Shown here: one piece after another, positions 20,095 through 30,135 of the stretch | How the letters are laid out: each line of letters starts with the position of its first letter | How positions within the stretch are numbered: the first letter of the stretch is position 1 | Source of the DNA: Polyangiaceae bacterium | GTDB taxonomy: Bacteria; Myxococcota_A; Polyangia; Polyangiales; Polyangiaceae | Assembly: GCA_965222375.1 (NCBI GenBank) | Contig: CBDCTZ010000016.1 | Span: forward strand, 1,376,001 to 1,440,000 | DNA length: 64,000 nt | Direction: 5' to 3' | Notes under the pieces: generated by a model | What the model was told of the DNA's origin: nothing | The model's input: only the letters and a program-made list of their open reading frames with translations | The model's database searches: none | Program-made: the position numbers and the translations under genes

Positions 20095-21459
20095 ATGATT
20101 GTGAATCGCGTTCATTGCACCTTTGCAATGCTGGTATTGGGCGGTTGCGGCAACTTGCTGGGGCTCGGCGAGTTCGAGGACCGCCCGGGGAGCGCTGGCG
20201 CCGGTGGCAATGCGGCGGGGAGTGGTGGCGTCAGCGACTCTGGCATCGACGGTTCGGCGGGTTCGGCCGGCTCCAACGGTGGTGGTGGTCAACCGGCAGA
20301 TGCGGGGCCAGATGGATCCGCCGGCGCAGTGGGCTGCACGGGGCCCGTAGTGGATCTGTTCACTTCCACGAGCCTGAGCGCGGATGCCTTGGACGCGCCG
20401 CGCCTGGTCGTCTTTTCGGTCCCGGGAGGGGGAGCCCACGTTGCGGTCAGCTATAGCAAAGGCAACAACTGGTCGCTTGCCATCCGCAGCGTGGACGCCG
20501 CCGGCAAGGCGTCACCGGTCAAGACGCGAGACGCAGGAGCCGCCTTTCGGATCGTCGAGGGCATTTCGGCAGCTTCGGATTTCGAGTTCTTCGCGATCCG
20601 TGACGACAACATCTTGACCTTTGCTGGCACGAGCAACAGCAGCGGAGTAGCGACTCTCGGTGCGGCGAAGGAGACGCCAGCACCAGACGGGCAACCCGGT
20701 GGCGGTGGTCCGCCGGCCGGTTGCGAGAAGATCGATCTGGTCGATTTTGCGCTGACGCTGCCATCAGATACGAACGACCAGGTCGCTGTCACATGCGATG
20801 GGAGCCTGTTCAGCGGGCGTATCGGCCTGAACGGCTCATGGCACTTCTCGTCTATCCCTCCGGGTACCGACGTGCGCGGGTACGTGGCGAATCTGCCCGG
20901 TCACATCGTGGCAGCCGGTACCGACTACTACTACAAGCCGAATTCGTCGGGCTCCTTTCAACTCGGCGATCGGGGTCGAATCGATCTTTCGGCTGGAGTC
21001 CCGGGCGAGACTCTGCCACTGGTTCTGACGCGGGTCGGGGCCGACAAGGTTCTGGCCGTTGCAGGCTTCAAGGCGGACGCCGGGGACGAACAAGTCTGGT
21101 CGACGGCCGATGCGCCGGACAAGATCGTCGACGCTTTGGATCCCTTCACTGGCAGCAAAGGGAATTTCACGAAGCTAGCCAAGCTCACGGCGATTCCGAC
21201 GCCCGCGGTGCCCTCCTACGATGGTGACTCTGCGCTCTTTGCTGCCTCGACCACCAAAGGGGGCTTGACCGTGCGTCTCTACCGCTTCGACAACGCTGGC
21301 AAGCTCAGCCACGATCTGGACGTGTTCGTTCCACCCACTACGGTCCAACTGGATGCTTGGTCGGCGGCCCACCTTGGAGCCGACGCTGCCTACGTAGCGT
21401 GGACAATCCAAGAGAGCGGCGCAGCCGTCGTGCGCGGTTGCCCGGTCAGCTTGAAGTAG
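20095..21459 (+). CDS. Hypothetical lipoprotein
   Basis: LVLGGCGNLLGL lipoprotein-type N-terminus, Gly-rich linker, beta-rich body. Confidence 0.7.
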   Translation: MIVNRVHCTFAMLVLGGCGNLLGLGEFEDRPGSAGAGGNAAGSGGVSDSGIDGSAGSAGSNGGGGQPADAGPDGSAGAVGCTGPVVDLFTSTSLSADALDAPRLVVFSVPGGGAHVAVSYSKGNNWSLAIRSVDAAGKASPVKTRDAGAAFRIVEGISAASDFEFFAIRDDNILTFAGTSNSSGVATLGAAKETPAPDGQPGGGGPPAGCEKIDLVDFALTLPSDTNDQVAVTCDGSLFSGRIGLNGSWHFSSIPPGTDVRGYVANLPGHIVAAGTDYYYKPNSSGSFQLGDRGRIDLSAGVPGETLPLVLTRVGADKVLAVAGFKADAGDEQVWSTADAPDKIVDALDPFTGSKGNFTKLAKLTAIPTPAVPSYDGDSALFAASTTKGGLTVRLYRFDNAGKLSHDLDVFVPPTTVQLDAWSAAHLGADAAYVAWTIQESGAAVVRGCPVSLK

Positions 21460-21462
21460 CGC

Positions 21463-21843
21463 TCAGGTCGCCGCGCGCTGAATCCGCCGGGTCTCGGGCC
21501 GCAGCAGATAGGATGCGATCACGATGCACAGAAGGACCAGCGGCGTGAGCACGTCCTTGGCTCCATGGCCACTATAGATGTGAGAACAGGCGGCGCCCGT
21601 CAGATCGAAGACGATTCCTGCGTAGGCCCACTCCTTCAGTATCGGGCGACCGGGAATCAAGATGGCCAGCCCGCCCAGAAACTTCCAGATCCCGATGATG
21701 CGACCGAAGTACAAGGGATAGCCCAGCCCCGTGAGTATCTTCGCGATGGGCTCCGGAAGCAGCATGTCCCCGATGCCCCCCGCGATCATGGCAAAAGCAA
21801 CGATGCAAGTGGTGACCCAATACCCAATCACTTTTCCCTTCAT
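21463..21843 (-). CDS. DoxX-like family membrane protein
   Basis: LGYPLYFGRIIGIWK and LKEWAYAG motifs. Confidence 0.85.
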   Translation of the reverse strand: MKGKVIGYWVTTCIVAFAMIAGGIGDMLLPEPIAKILTGLGYPLYFGRIIGIWKFLGGLAILIPGRPILKEWAYAGIVFDLTGAACSHIYSGHGAKDVLTPLVLLCIVIASYLLRPETRRIQRAAT

Positions 21844-21924
21844 GACGGAGCGCACGCTACCACACCGATCGCCGGGGCCTTGGCTCTCACGGGCCATGCT
21901 AGAGTCTTGGGCACAGGGAAACAC

Positions 21925-22497
21925 ATGCGAACTTGGGTGTGTTTGGGCTTTGCCCTCGGACTGACTGCCTGCGGAAGCACGAGCGAAGACGGCGGCGCTG
22001 CGACCGGCGGTACCACTTCGGGTGGAACGGCGGGAACCGGCGGAGGCGCAGCGGGTGGAGGAGCCGGGGGTGCAGGCGGCATCGCACCTCTGACTCCGGA
22101 TCCGGGGCAACTGAAGTGCGGCACCGAAGTGTGCAGCGTTCCGGGCCAGATCTGCTGTCACGAGTCAGCGGGGGGCGGCGTCGACCGTTGCGTCGCAACC
22201 CTCGCTGACTGCAAGGCGCCAAACCGAGCTTGTGATGAGACGGGAGATTGCGCCAGCGGCGAGATCTGCTGCACCGGCACAGCGGTCTTGCCGGCAGGCT
22301 CGACTCTTGGTGGCTTCGCGGCCACTCGCTACGTCGACAAGAACGCGCCCGCGAACTGCCTGCCCGAACCGGGCGTGGGCAAGAGTAGCGTGCAAGCGTG
22401 CAAAACAGACGCCGAGTGCGCCGCCAAGACGTGCATCGCTGAAGCCTGCTACGGCTACCCTTTGATGACGTGCGGCGGAAGCGGCGACTGCAAGTAG
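21925..22497 (+). CDS. Cys-rich lipoprotein
   Basis: GLTAC lipobox, Gly linker, CDETGDC..ICC modules. Confidence 0.7.
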   Translation: MRTWVCLGFALGLTACGSTSEDGGAATGGTTSGGTAGTGGGAAGGGAGGAGGIAPLTPDPGQLKCGTEVCSVPGQICCHESAGGGVDRCVATLADCKAPNRACDETGDCASGEICCTGTAVLPAGSTLGGFAATRYVDKNAPANCLPEPGVGKSSVQACKTDAECAAKTCIAEACYGYPLMTCGGSGDCK

Positions 22498-22611
22498 CGC
22501 ATCTTGCGCCGGACTCCGGGCTGCCGTGCGGGCGGGTAGTGCAGGAGTCGCTCGAGGTTGCGAAATGGATTCGCGCGATCAGCGCCCGCGCGCCGCTGCT
22601 AGCGTTTTGGG

Positions 22612-23596
22612 ATGACCCGACTCCGATTTCCAGCCGTCCCGTTGCTGCTCCTGCTCATTGCGCTGCTCGCCTGCGGAGATCTGAGATGGAAGAAGCGGGC
22701 TACCGCAACAACGTCAAGGACTACGACGCCTTGGTCGAAAAGGCGAAGCCACCCATGAAAGCCACCGTGGAGGCCAAGCGCAAGGTCTACAAGGAGGCTC
22801 ACGACAAGCTTCCCAAAGATGAAGCGGAACGGATCAAAGCGCTCAAGGCCCTGAACAAGACCGCGGACAAGGAGATCAGAGAGCTCGAGACCAAGGTCGA
22901 GGCGGCAAACAAGGTGTGGGCCGCCGCGAACGCCAAGGCCATGAAGGCTTACCAAGCAAAGTTCGTTGGCACGTGGGAAGGCGACGGCATGCGGTTGCGC
23001 ATCGATGAAAAGGGCGGCGTCGACTACACACGCAAGTCCGGTAGCGTGAACAAGAGCCTGACGGGAGCGTCCGTCAAAGAGTTTCGGCGGGACTCCTTCG
23101 ATGTGAGTCTGGTCGGAATCAAGACCACGTTCAAAATCGACAAGGAGTCGAAGGAGGACAAGGGCGTCTGGACCATGACCGTGGACGGCGCCAACCTGAC
23201 CAAGGTGGCTGGCCCCAGCGGCGAACTGCCGGTGGGCACCTTTACCTGTCGGGTGCTGGTGAACGAGCAGTGCGTGGATCGAACTGACCGCTTTGCCGCC
23301 GATGCGCCCGTCATCCAGATGTCCTACCGAAGTACCGACGTGCCCAAGGCGGACAGCAAGTACAAGGTTCAGTGGATCGGGGAGGGGTTTGGCCCGGGGG
23401 GCGCTGACAAGACGATCGCCAATGCCGACACCAAGCTGAAGGTCTCGTCGAGCAAGCCCCTCGATCACGTCAACCTCTGGTCTAACGTCAACAAGCCGGA
23501 CAAGGGTCTGATGGCAAGTATCGCGTCGAGGTGTCGCGAGCCGGCAAGGTGTTGGCAACGGCGCGCTTCGTCGTCGAACCGCCCAAGAAGCTGTGA
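22612..23596 (+). pseudogene. Lipoprotein with two apparent frameshifts
   Basis: Signal MTRLRFPAVPLLLLLIALLAC (22612) shifts near 22678 into the SEMEEAGY frame; a second shift near 23510 restores GKYRVEVSRAGKVLATARFVV, stop at 23594-23596. Confidence 0.6.
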
Positions 23597-23682
23597 TGGG
23601 GCGGGTGGCGCCGCGCTCCAGTTCGCCGCCCGAAACACAAAGTCCATCACGCCCCCTCGAGGCTGCGTATACTGAGCTTCAC

Positions 23683-24930
23683 ATGCTTCGGATTCGCCCC
23701 GAGATTGTGTTTGCGGCTGCGGTCTCCCTGGCCGGGTTGCAGTGCACCTCCAAAAGCAGCAAGGACGGCGCGCCCCCCGGAGGCGATGCGGGCGCAAGCG
23801 GAGCTGGGACGGGCGGTGTTTCCGCAGGTGGCGGCACGTCCGGCACCGCCGGCGCATCGGCCAGCGGCGGCACCGCCGGCGCATCGGCCAGCGGCGGCAC
23901 CGCCGGCTCATCCGGTTCGTCGGGCAGTGGTGGCGCAGCCGGCACCGGGGGCAGCGCAGGCAGTGGTGGCGCTGCCGGCACCGGGGGCAGCGCAGGCAGT
24001 GGTGGCGCTGCCGGCAGCGGCGGCTCCGGGGGGTCGACGTGCAGCCCGGGTGCTCCGACGGGTGGGTGGCCGGATTCCGCAACGAAGCTGTGCTCCAACG
24101 GCGCAACTGTCATCACCTGCCCAACCACCGGTCCCCTGTCCACTCAGGACGGCGTCAAGCAGGAGCCCGTGCCCTCGTACAGTGTCGCCGGCAACGAAGT
24201 CACGGATCCCGTCACCGGACTGGTTTGGACGAAGGACTATTTGAACGCGGACGACCACGCTAAGGTGGGCACTCGCTGCAAAACGAAATATGGCCTCTCT
24301 TGGCGGCTCCCCAGTGCCGGAGAGCTGAGTACCCTGATCGACTACGGGCGCCCGGAACCGACTATCGACCAGACGTTCACGATGCCAAGCGCGGCCAACC
24401 GCAGCTTCTGGACCAGCTCGTCCTTCAACGTCACAGCGACTACGTCGCACGTGCACATCGACTTCAAGGACGGCCTCGTCTACGACGTCGGCAAGAACTC
24501 GACCCCTCGCTTCGGGCGTTGTGTGAAGAACGACCTTGTTGGGAAATTCACGGCAGATCCCTGCGGCGTAGTGACAGACAGCAAGACGCGCCTGATGTGG
24601 CCGAACGTCGTCGACAACGGCCAGTCGCACAACTGGACATCCGCGTTGGCCTATTGCGACGGTTTCATTCACGCGGGCCACGAGGACTGGCGAGTTCCCA
24701 CCGCGAAAGAACTCTTGACCATCGTGAAAGAAGGTGGCTCAGCTCCCCACATTGACACGGTGCTCTTCGGAAACACCCCGAAACTCGGGCACTGGACCTC
24801 CACTCCCTACCAACCCGACCCGTCTCAGGCCTGGTTCGTCGACTTCAATGCGGCGGCTTCCGGTTTGGTGGGCCACGATATGACGACCTCCCCCTATCCG
24901 GTGCGTTGCGTTCGAGATTGGAAGCCGTGA
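23683..24930 (+). CDS. DUF1566 (Lcl-like) tandem-domain secreted protein
   Basis: VTDPVTGLVW, WRLPSAGEL, DSKTRLMW, DWRVPTAKEL, VRCVR; Gly/Ser linker with 27- and 36-bp repeats. Confidence 0.85.
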   Translation: MLRIRPEIVFAAAVSLAGLQCTSKSSKDGAPPGGDAGASGAGTGGVSAGGGTSGTAGASASGGTAGASASGGTAGSSGSSGSGGAAGTGGSAGSGGAAGTGGSAGSGGAAGSGGSGGSTCSPGAPTGGWPDSATKLCSNGATVITCPTTGPLSTQDGVKQEPVPSYSVAGNEVTDPVTGLVWTKDYLNADDHAKVGTRCKTKYGLSWRLPSAGELSTLIDYGRPEPTIDQTFTMPSAANRSFWTSSSFNVTATTSHVHIDFKDGLVYDVGKNSTPRFGRCVKNDLVGKFTADPCGVVTDSKTRLMWPNVVDNGQSHNWTSALAYCDGFIHAGHEDWRVPTAKELLTIVKEGGSAPHIDTVLFGNTPKLGHWTSTPYQPDPSQAWFVDFNAAASGLVGHDMTTSPYPVRCVRDWKP

Positions 24931-25120
24931 CTGACGTAGTACGCACCCCAGGCGTGCACTAAAGTGCGGCGGAGCACTGCGAAGCATGGCGAGCTCAGGG
25001 GCAACTGGGGCGCTCCGTCGCGTCGAGCTTGCTGGGTCTCATCCCGCGCCGATCGAAATACTGCTATACGGGGTTGAGCGTCGGTGGCGCTGGTTCGCGC
25101 CGGGCTCCCAGGAGATAGAC

Positions 25121-25816
25121 ATGACCAAAAGGACTTATCTTGGAATCGGACTCGCGACCTTGTTGCTCGCGTCGGGATGCCATCGAGGTGCGCAGGTCAA
25201 AGCGGTGCAGCTGACTGAGCCCGGCACCTATGTCGTAGCGACTCCTGGCGCATTGTCCGTCGCGCAAAAGAGCGCCAACGTGCAGCGCATCTGCACCATG
25301 CGGACGCCGCGCGGCAAGGGCGGCCACGGCAAGGGCGCGCACGGCAAATCTGGCATGCACTCCAACGCGGGCAAACATGGCAAGCGCCGCCGAGGCAAGG
25401 GTGGTCGTGGCTGGGGAGGTCCCGGCGGACGAGGGCATGGCGGTCCGGGCGGACGTGGTGGCAGCGCAGGTGGAGCGGTGATGCTGGACACGCTGATGTA
25501 CCGCCTGTGTGAAGCCCGCAGCAACGGCGACATCACGTCGGCGCAATACCAAGAGCTACTCAAGGCCATGATGGAGATGGCGAAGCATCGCGCCATGGCG
25601 CCGCCACCACACTTCGGTCCCCGCGGCATGCGGCCAGGTCGCGGTCGCATGGGCCGCCCCGGCATGGGCCCTCGTCGAGGACGCCCTGGCATGGGGCCAG
25701 GTGCGGGTCCCTGGGGTGGACCCGGTGGCGACTGGGGCAAGATGGATGACGCGCCGGACACACCCAAAGACAAGCCCGGGCCGAAAAAGCCAGGCGGCAA
25801 GGGCAAGGCCAAGTAG
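25121..25816 (+). CDS. Hypothetical Gly/Arg/Pro-rich lipoprotein
   Basis: GGAG RBS, LASGC lipobox, low-complexity GR/GP tracts. Confidence 0.65.
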   Translation: MTKRTYLGIGLATLLLASGCHRGAQVKAVQLTEPGTYVVATPGALSVAQKSANVQRICTMRTPRGKGGHGKGAHGKSGMHSNAGKHGKRRRGKGGRGWGGPGGRGHGGPGGRGGSAGGAVMLDTLMYRLCEARSNGDITSAQYQELLKAMMEMAKHRAMAPPPHFGPRGMRPGRGRMGRPGMGPRRGRPGMGPGAGPWGGPGGDWGKMDDAPDTPKDKPGPKKPGGKGKAK

Positions 25817-25880
25817 GACGCTCATGGAAGACGGGCTGCGAACTCAGCTCGCCCACGTCAACCCGAAAACCCTCATATCC

Positions 25881-25955
25881 TGGTTTGTTTGTTTGGGGTC
25901 GACGCGCTTGTGACGCGCTTCGTGATGCCCGAAGCGGCAATACCCGACGGGGTGC
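25881..25955 (-). repeat. Dispersed structured repeat, copy A
   Basis: Reverse complement nearly identical to 49327-49406. Confidence 0.85.
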
Positions 25956-26164
25956 GGCACTGAGCCGGCGCTCGGCCACTACTCCCGCATCAGGCCACAC
26001 AGCGCGACCGCGCACGCGAGCAGCTTTGGGGCTCGGGCACGGTGATCGGCGCGGTGGCGCGGTCGGTTGCGTGCTAACGCCAGCATCCCCGTCAGCGGCG
26101 GCGCTTACCCTGCGAGGCTTCTTGCTCAGGGCAGCAGCTGGCGCGGGGCCGCCGCGATGGGCGC

Positions 26165-27295
26165 CTAGGCGTCCTTGGCTTCCGATGCCACGTGCACGCT
26201 GCGGTGGCCGAGTAGGTTCAGGCGCGTGCTTCGCACGGTTTCGGGCTGGATCACGCGTCCGTCGTCGAGGCGAAAACGAAGGGCGTCGTCGGGGCACTGC
26301 ACGATGCATGCGCCGCATCGCAAGCACGCCTCCGATTCGGCGAGCGTTACCTTGCGCCGCTGGCCGTCCATGCTGAGCACGCCCCGCGGACACACCAGCA
26401 CGCATTCCGCAGCGCCCGTGCAGCGCTCCTCGAGCAGCTCCACGGAATGCGAATTACCCCCTGCGTTGATGGTGCTCGGGCACCACGGCGTCGTACCCGC
26501 CAGGTCGACGGACAGGACGAGCATCGACAGCAGTGAGGCCGCGCCGAGCCAGGCAAGGGCCGACGCCTGGTACCAACTCAGCCCGAGCAGGGTACCCAGC
26601 CCAAGCGCGCAACCAACAGCGGCGAAACCGCCATAGGTTAGCCAGCGCTTCCAACCCGTGACCGGCAGCCAGGGCAGCAGGGTGAAGATGGCCACCACGA
26701 GTGCCATGACGAGCCCCGCGGCGAGAGCGGCCAAGCTGAAGTTCTGCGCGATCGCGAGAACGACGAACGCGACCGTCGCCATCGGTGGGCCCCAGAGCAA
26801 CGCCATCTCCAAACGCTCCCAGAGAGGAAAACGAACGGCGCGCCACGCCTTGCGCGGTTTGGCGCCCGCGTCCAAAAACGCGGGCAGATCCTCGAGCCGA
26901 GCCGGGCCCCAGTTCACGACGAAACCCGTGGCTTCCTCTACCCGCCGCTTCTCGACGCCGGTTGCCGCAAGTTGGGGCAACACGAGATCGCGATGGTTGA
27001 CGCGCTCGCCGATCTTCGACGCTCGCACCACGCCGATCACGTCGTGGCGCGTCAGGTGCCCGCCGCCGGCGGCGCACCACACATTGATGCCGCGGCTGTT
27101 CGCCACCGAGAGCCAGGCATCTCGACGGGCGAGGGCGTCGCGCAGGCGACGCACCGTCAGCGTGAAGTTGCCCGTGAGCAGAACCGGGGAGTCCGGCCCC
27201 GGCGCGCCCACTTCGACGAGGCCTGCGCGCGTTGCATGGGGCAACAAGCGCAGCAACGTGTCGCGAAGCCAAGCAGGGAAGTCCCGGGGCTTCAC
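26165..27295 (-). CDS. HgcAB-like fusion: corrinoid domain, TM helices and C-terminal ferredoxin
   Basis: SPVLLTGNF, GINVWCAAGGG cap helix, LVLPQLAA, WGP, about 4 TM segments, then CTGAAECVLVCP and CLRCGACIVQCP. Confidence 0.9.
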   Translation of the reverse strand: MKPRDFPAWLRDTLLRLLPHATRAGLVEVGAPGPDSPVLLTGNFTLTVRRLRDALARRDAWLSVANSRGINVWCAAGGGHLTRHDVIGVVRASKIGERVNHRDLVLPQLAATGVEKRRVEEATGFVVNWGPARLEDLPAFLDAGAKPRKAWRAVRFPLWERLEMALLWGPPMATVAFVVLAIAQNFSLAALAAGLVMALVVAIFTLLPWLPVTGWKRWLTYGGFAAVGCALGLGTLLGLSWYQASALAWLGAASLLSMLVLSVDLAGTTPWCPSTINAGGNSHSVELLEERCTGAAECVLVCPRGVLSMDGQRRKVTLAESEACLRCGACIVQCPDDALRFRLDDGRVIQPETVRSTRLNLLGHRSVHVASEAKDA

Positions 27296-27395
27296 GGCAC
27301 TTCCTTGGCTCGAGCGCGGCACACGATGGTGTCAGCAGGCTCGAGGGCTGTTCGGACCGACTGCCGGCCTCCGCGGCAGGGAAGTCGCGAGAGCT

Positions 27396-28067
27396 TCACG
27401 GGGCCTCCTCCCTGCGAATGCCGGAAACGATAGCGAAGTCGTCGTCGCCGAGTCGTTTCTCCGTCACGCTTGCGAAGCCGGCAGCCTCCAGAGATTGGAC
27501 CAACCCTTCTACGGGCCGGGTCGTGGTCTGGGTGACGAAGTAGGTCCAGGCCCGAGCGGGGGCGCGGCGCGCGGCGCGCCACACGCGCTGCACGCGTGGG
27601 CGCGGGCGGACCTCATCGGCGATGACCATGCGCCCGCCGACCCGGAGCCTCGAGTAGGCGATCTTGAGCACGTAGTCCCGCTCTTCGGCTGATAGCTCGC
27701 TGAAGACCAAGCAAGACACCACCGCGTCCAGGCTGGCTTCTTCGAATTCGTCTTCGATCTCCATCGCGCCTAGCTCGAGCCACTCGCAGCCGCCATCCAG
27801 CGCTTCTGCCTTGGCTTTTCGCCGCGCAATCTCCAGCATGGCTGGGTTCAGATCGATGCCCACCACGTGGGCGCCCCGCGCGGCGCACGCCAAGGCCACC
27901 CCGCCGGTGCCCGTGCCAACATCGAGCACCCGCGTCTTGGGTCTCGCAACCTGGCTAGCGACGAGTTCGTAGATTGCGTCGATGGTGCCGCCTGACAAAC
28001 GGTGGATCCCACGGTCGTAGCGCTCGGGTGCGGCTTCCAGCACCAACATGTACACGTAGGAGCTCAT
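27396..28067 (-). CDS. Class I SAM-dependent methyltransferase (CpaM-like, corrinoid protein-associated)
   Basis: VLDVGTGTG, GIDLNPAML; N-terminus MSSYVYMLVLEAAPERYDRGI; ATGA overlap with tetR. Confidence 0.85.
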   Translation of the reverse strand: MSSYVYMLVLEAAPERYDRGIHRLSGGTIDAIYELVASQVARPKTRVLDVGTGTGGVALACAARGAHVVGIDLNPAMLEIARRKAKAEALDGGCEWLELGAMEIEDEFEEASLDAVVSCLVFSELSAEERDYVLKIAYSRLRVGGRMVIADEVRPRPRVQRVWRAARRAPARAWTYFVTQTTTRPVEGLVQSLEAAGFASVTEKRLGDDDFAIVSGIRREEAP

Positions 28068-28693
28068 CGCGCGTTCCTCGCAATCTCGCGTGGTGGGCAA
28101 ACTGCGGCGCCGTCCAGAAACGCGGACACGACGAAATCGGGAACGTCGTTGAGCAGGGGCCACACGCCGCCCGAGCCCCAATGCTGCACGTAGCTCAGGG
28201 AGAGCAGCCCCGTGAACAGCACGGCGAGCTGAGCGGACGAGACATCGCCCCGAAGCTCGCCGCAGGCAACGCCGTCGTCGATGACTTGCTGCACGCGCGA
28301 GATGTACGGCGACAGATGTTGCAGGAGCAGCGGGTAGGTCTCGGGTCGAAAAGCGAGCGCCTCCCGCACCAATACCTTCGTGAAGGCTTCTTGTTCTCGC
28401 AGGACCTCCACATCTGCCCGCGCCAAGTTGAGCAGGCGCTGTCGGGCGCTGGACCCACGCGGTAGCTCGTCGGCTCGACGCGCGGCGAGCCGGGCGCCTT
28501 CCTCCACGACCGCCGCGAACAGCTCTTCCTTGCTGGGGAAGTAGTTGTAGATGGTTCCCTTGGCGAAGCCGGCGGCGACGGAGATCTCGTCTACATTCGC
28601 GCCCTCCAGGCCGTGGTTGGCAAACTGGTCCGCGGCTGTCTTCAGGAGCTTTTCCTGGGTTTGTCGCTTCTTTTCTGCGGTGATCCGTGGCAT
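28064..28693 (-). CDS. TetR/AcrR family regulator
   Basis: AGFAKGTIYNYFPSKEELF HTH. Confidence 0.93.
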   Translation of the reverse strand: MPRITAEKKRQTQEKLLKTAADQFANHGLEGANVDEISVAAGFAKGTIYNYFPSKEELFAAVVEEGARLAARRADELPRGSSARQRLLNLARADVEVLREQEAFTKVLVREALAFRPETYPLLLQHLSPYISRVQQVIDDGVACGELRGDVSSAQLAVLFTGLLSLSYVQHWGSGGVWPLLNDVPDFVVSAFLDGAAVCPPREIARNAR

Positions 28694-28694
28694 T

Positions 28695-28720
28695 TTAATA
28701 TGGGTCTAGACCCATATTAA
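28695..28720. promoter_or_regulatory. Perfect 26-bp palindrome, probable TetR operator
   Basis: TTAATATGGGTCTAGACCCATATTAA, 1 nt from the tetR start codon; overlaps a TTGCCG-16-TAATAT candidate promoter. Confidence 0.8.
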
Positions 28721-28749
28721 TTACGATCGTCGAGGCGGCAAGCCGAGGT

Positions 28750-28822
28750 TATTTGAGCTACGCAAATAAATTACTTGCATCACTCAAATATTGATCTATT
28801 CATTGATTGAGCTAATCAAACA
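28750..28822. promoter_or_regulatory. Three TNNTTG-N7-CAAAYA boxes, probable MarR operators
   Basis: TATTTG-agctacg-CAAATA (28750), TACTTG-catcact-CAAATA (28772), TGATTG-agctaat-CAAACA (28804). Confidence 0.7.
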
Positions 28823-28840
28823 ACGAAAGGAGCTCAAAAC

Positions 28841-29698
28841 ATGACCACGACCTCCCCTTGCTGCGCACCCAGCTGTTGCGGCCCCAGCACTACCCAAAAG
28901 ACGGGCGACACCCCTGATGCGATTCGCGAGCAGGTGCGTTCCCAATATGCCGGCGTAGCGACGCGGGATACCGCAGCCCAAGCTCGCGACGTCTCCCTCG
29001 GCTTGGGCTACTCCGAATCGGATCTGAGCGGCGCCGCAGCGGATGCCAACCTGGGAGTTGGATGCGGCAATCCCACGGCCCTTGCGTCCCTGAAGGCGGG
29101 CGAAACCGTGCTCGATCTCGGTGCAGGTGCGGGTTTGGACGCCCTCATTGCCGGCGACCAAGTTGGCAAAGACGGTCGCATCATCGGTGTGGACATGACT
29201 CCGGAGATGCTCGCCAAAGCCCGAACCAATTCCGTGAAAGCAAACCTGGCCGATCGGGTGGAGTTCCGGGAGGGCGTGATCGAAGATCTTCCCGTCGTCG
29301 ACAACAGCGTCGATGTCGTGATCTCGAACTGCGTGATCAATCTCAGTCCCGACAAACCCCAGGTGTTCCGAGAAGCCTTTCGCGTCTTGAAGCCCGGCGG
29401 TCGCCTGGCGGTCTCGGATATCGCTCTGACCGAGGCGTTGCCCGACGCCATTGCGAGTCGAGCGTCGCTATACGCCGCATGTGTCGGCGGCGCGATGATC
29501 ATCGACGACTACGTCGCGGCCATCAAAGCAGCCGGGTTCACGGACGTGAAGGTCGAGAGCAAAAGCACTGGCGACATGATCGAAAGCTGGATTGCGGACC
29601 CAATCCTGGCTGACGTGGTCGAGGACATTGGCAAAGAAGAAGTACTGCGAGTCGCCAAGACCGTGCGAAGCTACGCAGTGCAGGCCAAGAAACCATGA
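28841..29698 (+). CDS. arsM: Arsenite S-adenosylmethionine methyltransferase
   Basis: LGVGCGNP, VLDLGAGAG, ISNCVINLSPDK, ACVGGA; N-terminal CC pairs; AAGGAG RBS. Confidence 0.9.
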   Translation: MTTTSPCCAPSCCGPSTTQKTGDTPDAIREQVRSQYAGVATRDTAAQARDVSLGLGYSESDLSGAAADANLGVGCGNPTALASLKAGETVLDLGAGAGLDALIAGDQVGKDGRIIGVDMTPEMLAKARTNSVKANLADRVEFREGVIEDLPVVDNSVDVVISNCVINLSPDKPQVFREAFRVLKPGGRLAVSDIALTEALPDAIASRASLYAACVGGAMIIDDYVAAIKAAGFTDVKVESKSTGDMIESWIADPILADVVEDIGKEEVLRVAKTVRSYAVQAKKP

Positions 29699-30135
29699 AG
29701 GAATTCACCTCGGAGCTCATAGCCATCAGCCGGATCTTCGGCGTTTACGAGCGCGAGCAGGTTTGCTGCGGCACCGTCACGGTGCCGCAGTGCCTCGTGC
29801 TTCAGGCTTTGAGGGACGGGGATAGCGACGTCAACGGGCTGGCCGAACTCTCCCACGTGACGGCCAGCGCGATGACGCGTCTGGTTGACGGCTTGGAAAA
29901 GAATGGCTGGGTCACTCGTGAGCGTTCCGAGGAAGATCGGCGCCGGATCATGGTGGCACTGACCGAGAGCGGGCGCGCCGAGGCCGAGCGCCTGCACCTG
30001 CTCACCCAGCAGAGCGTGGATGCCGTCCTTAAGCAGATCCCCGCGGACAAGCGGGCGCAGGTCGTCGAGTCGGTTCAGCTGGTGCGCAAGGCGCTCGAGG
30101 GCGCCCGAGATACGCTCAAGAACTGCTGCGGGTGA
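29695..30135 (+). CDS. Cys-rich MarR regulator (arsenic-responsive type)
   Basis: QVCCGTVTVPQC, SAMTRLVDGLE, DRR, C-terminal CCG; ATGA coupling to arsM. Confidence 0.88.
   Translation: MKEFTSELIAISRIFGVYEREQVCCGTVTVPQCLVLQALRDGDSDVNGLAELSHVTASAMTRLVDGLEKNGWVTRERSEEDRRRIMVALTESGRAEAERLHLLTQQSVDAVLKQIPADKRAQVVESVQLVRKALEGARDTLKNCCG

Noticed and set aside
23840..24020. 27- and 36-bp tandem repeats as a non-coding array
   Set aside because: In-frame Gly/Ser/Ala linker repeats within the DUF1566 protein
26165..27295. Bona fide mercury methylase hgcA/hgcB
   Set aside because: Fused architecture, GGG instead of GKG, one ferredoxin Cys missing and no Cys tail; called HgcAB-like only
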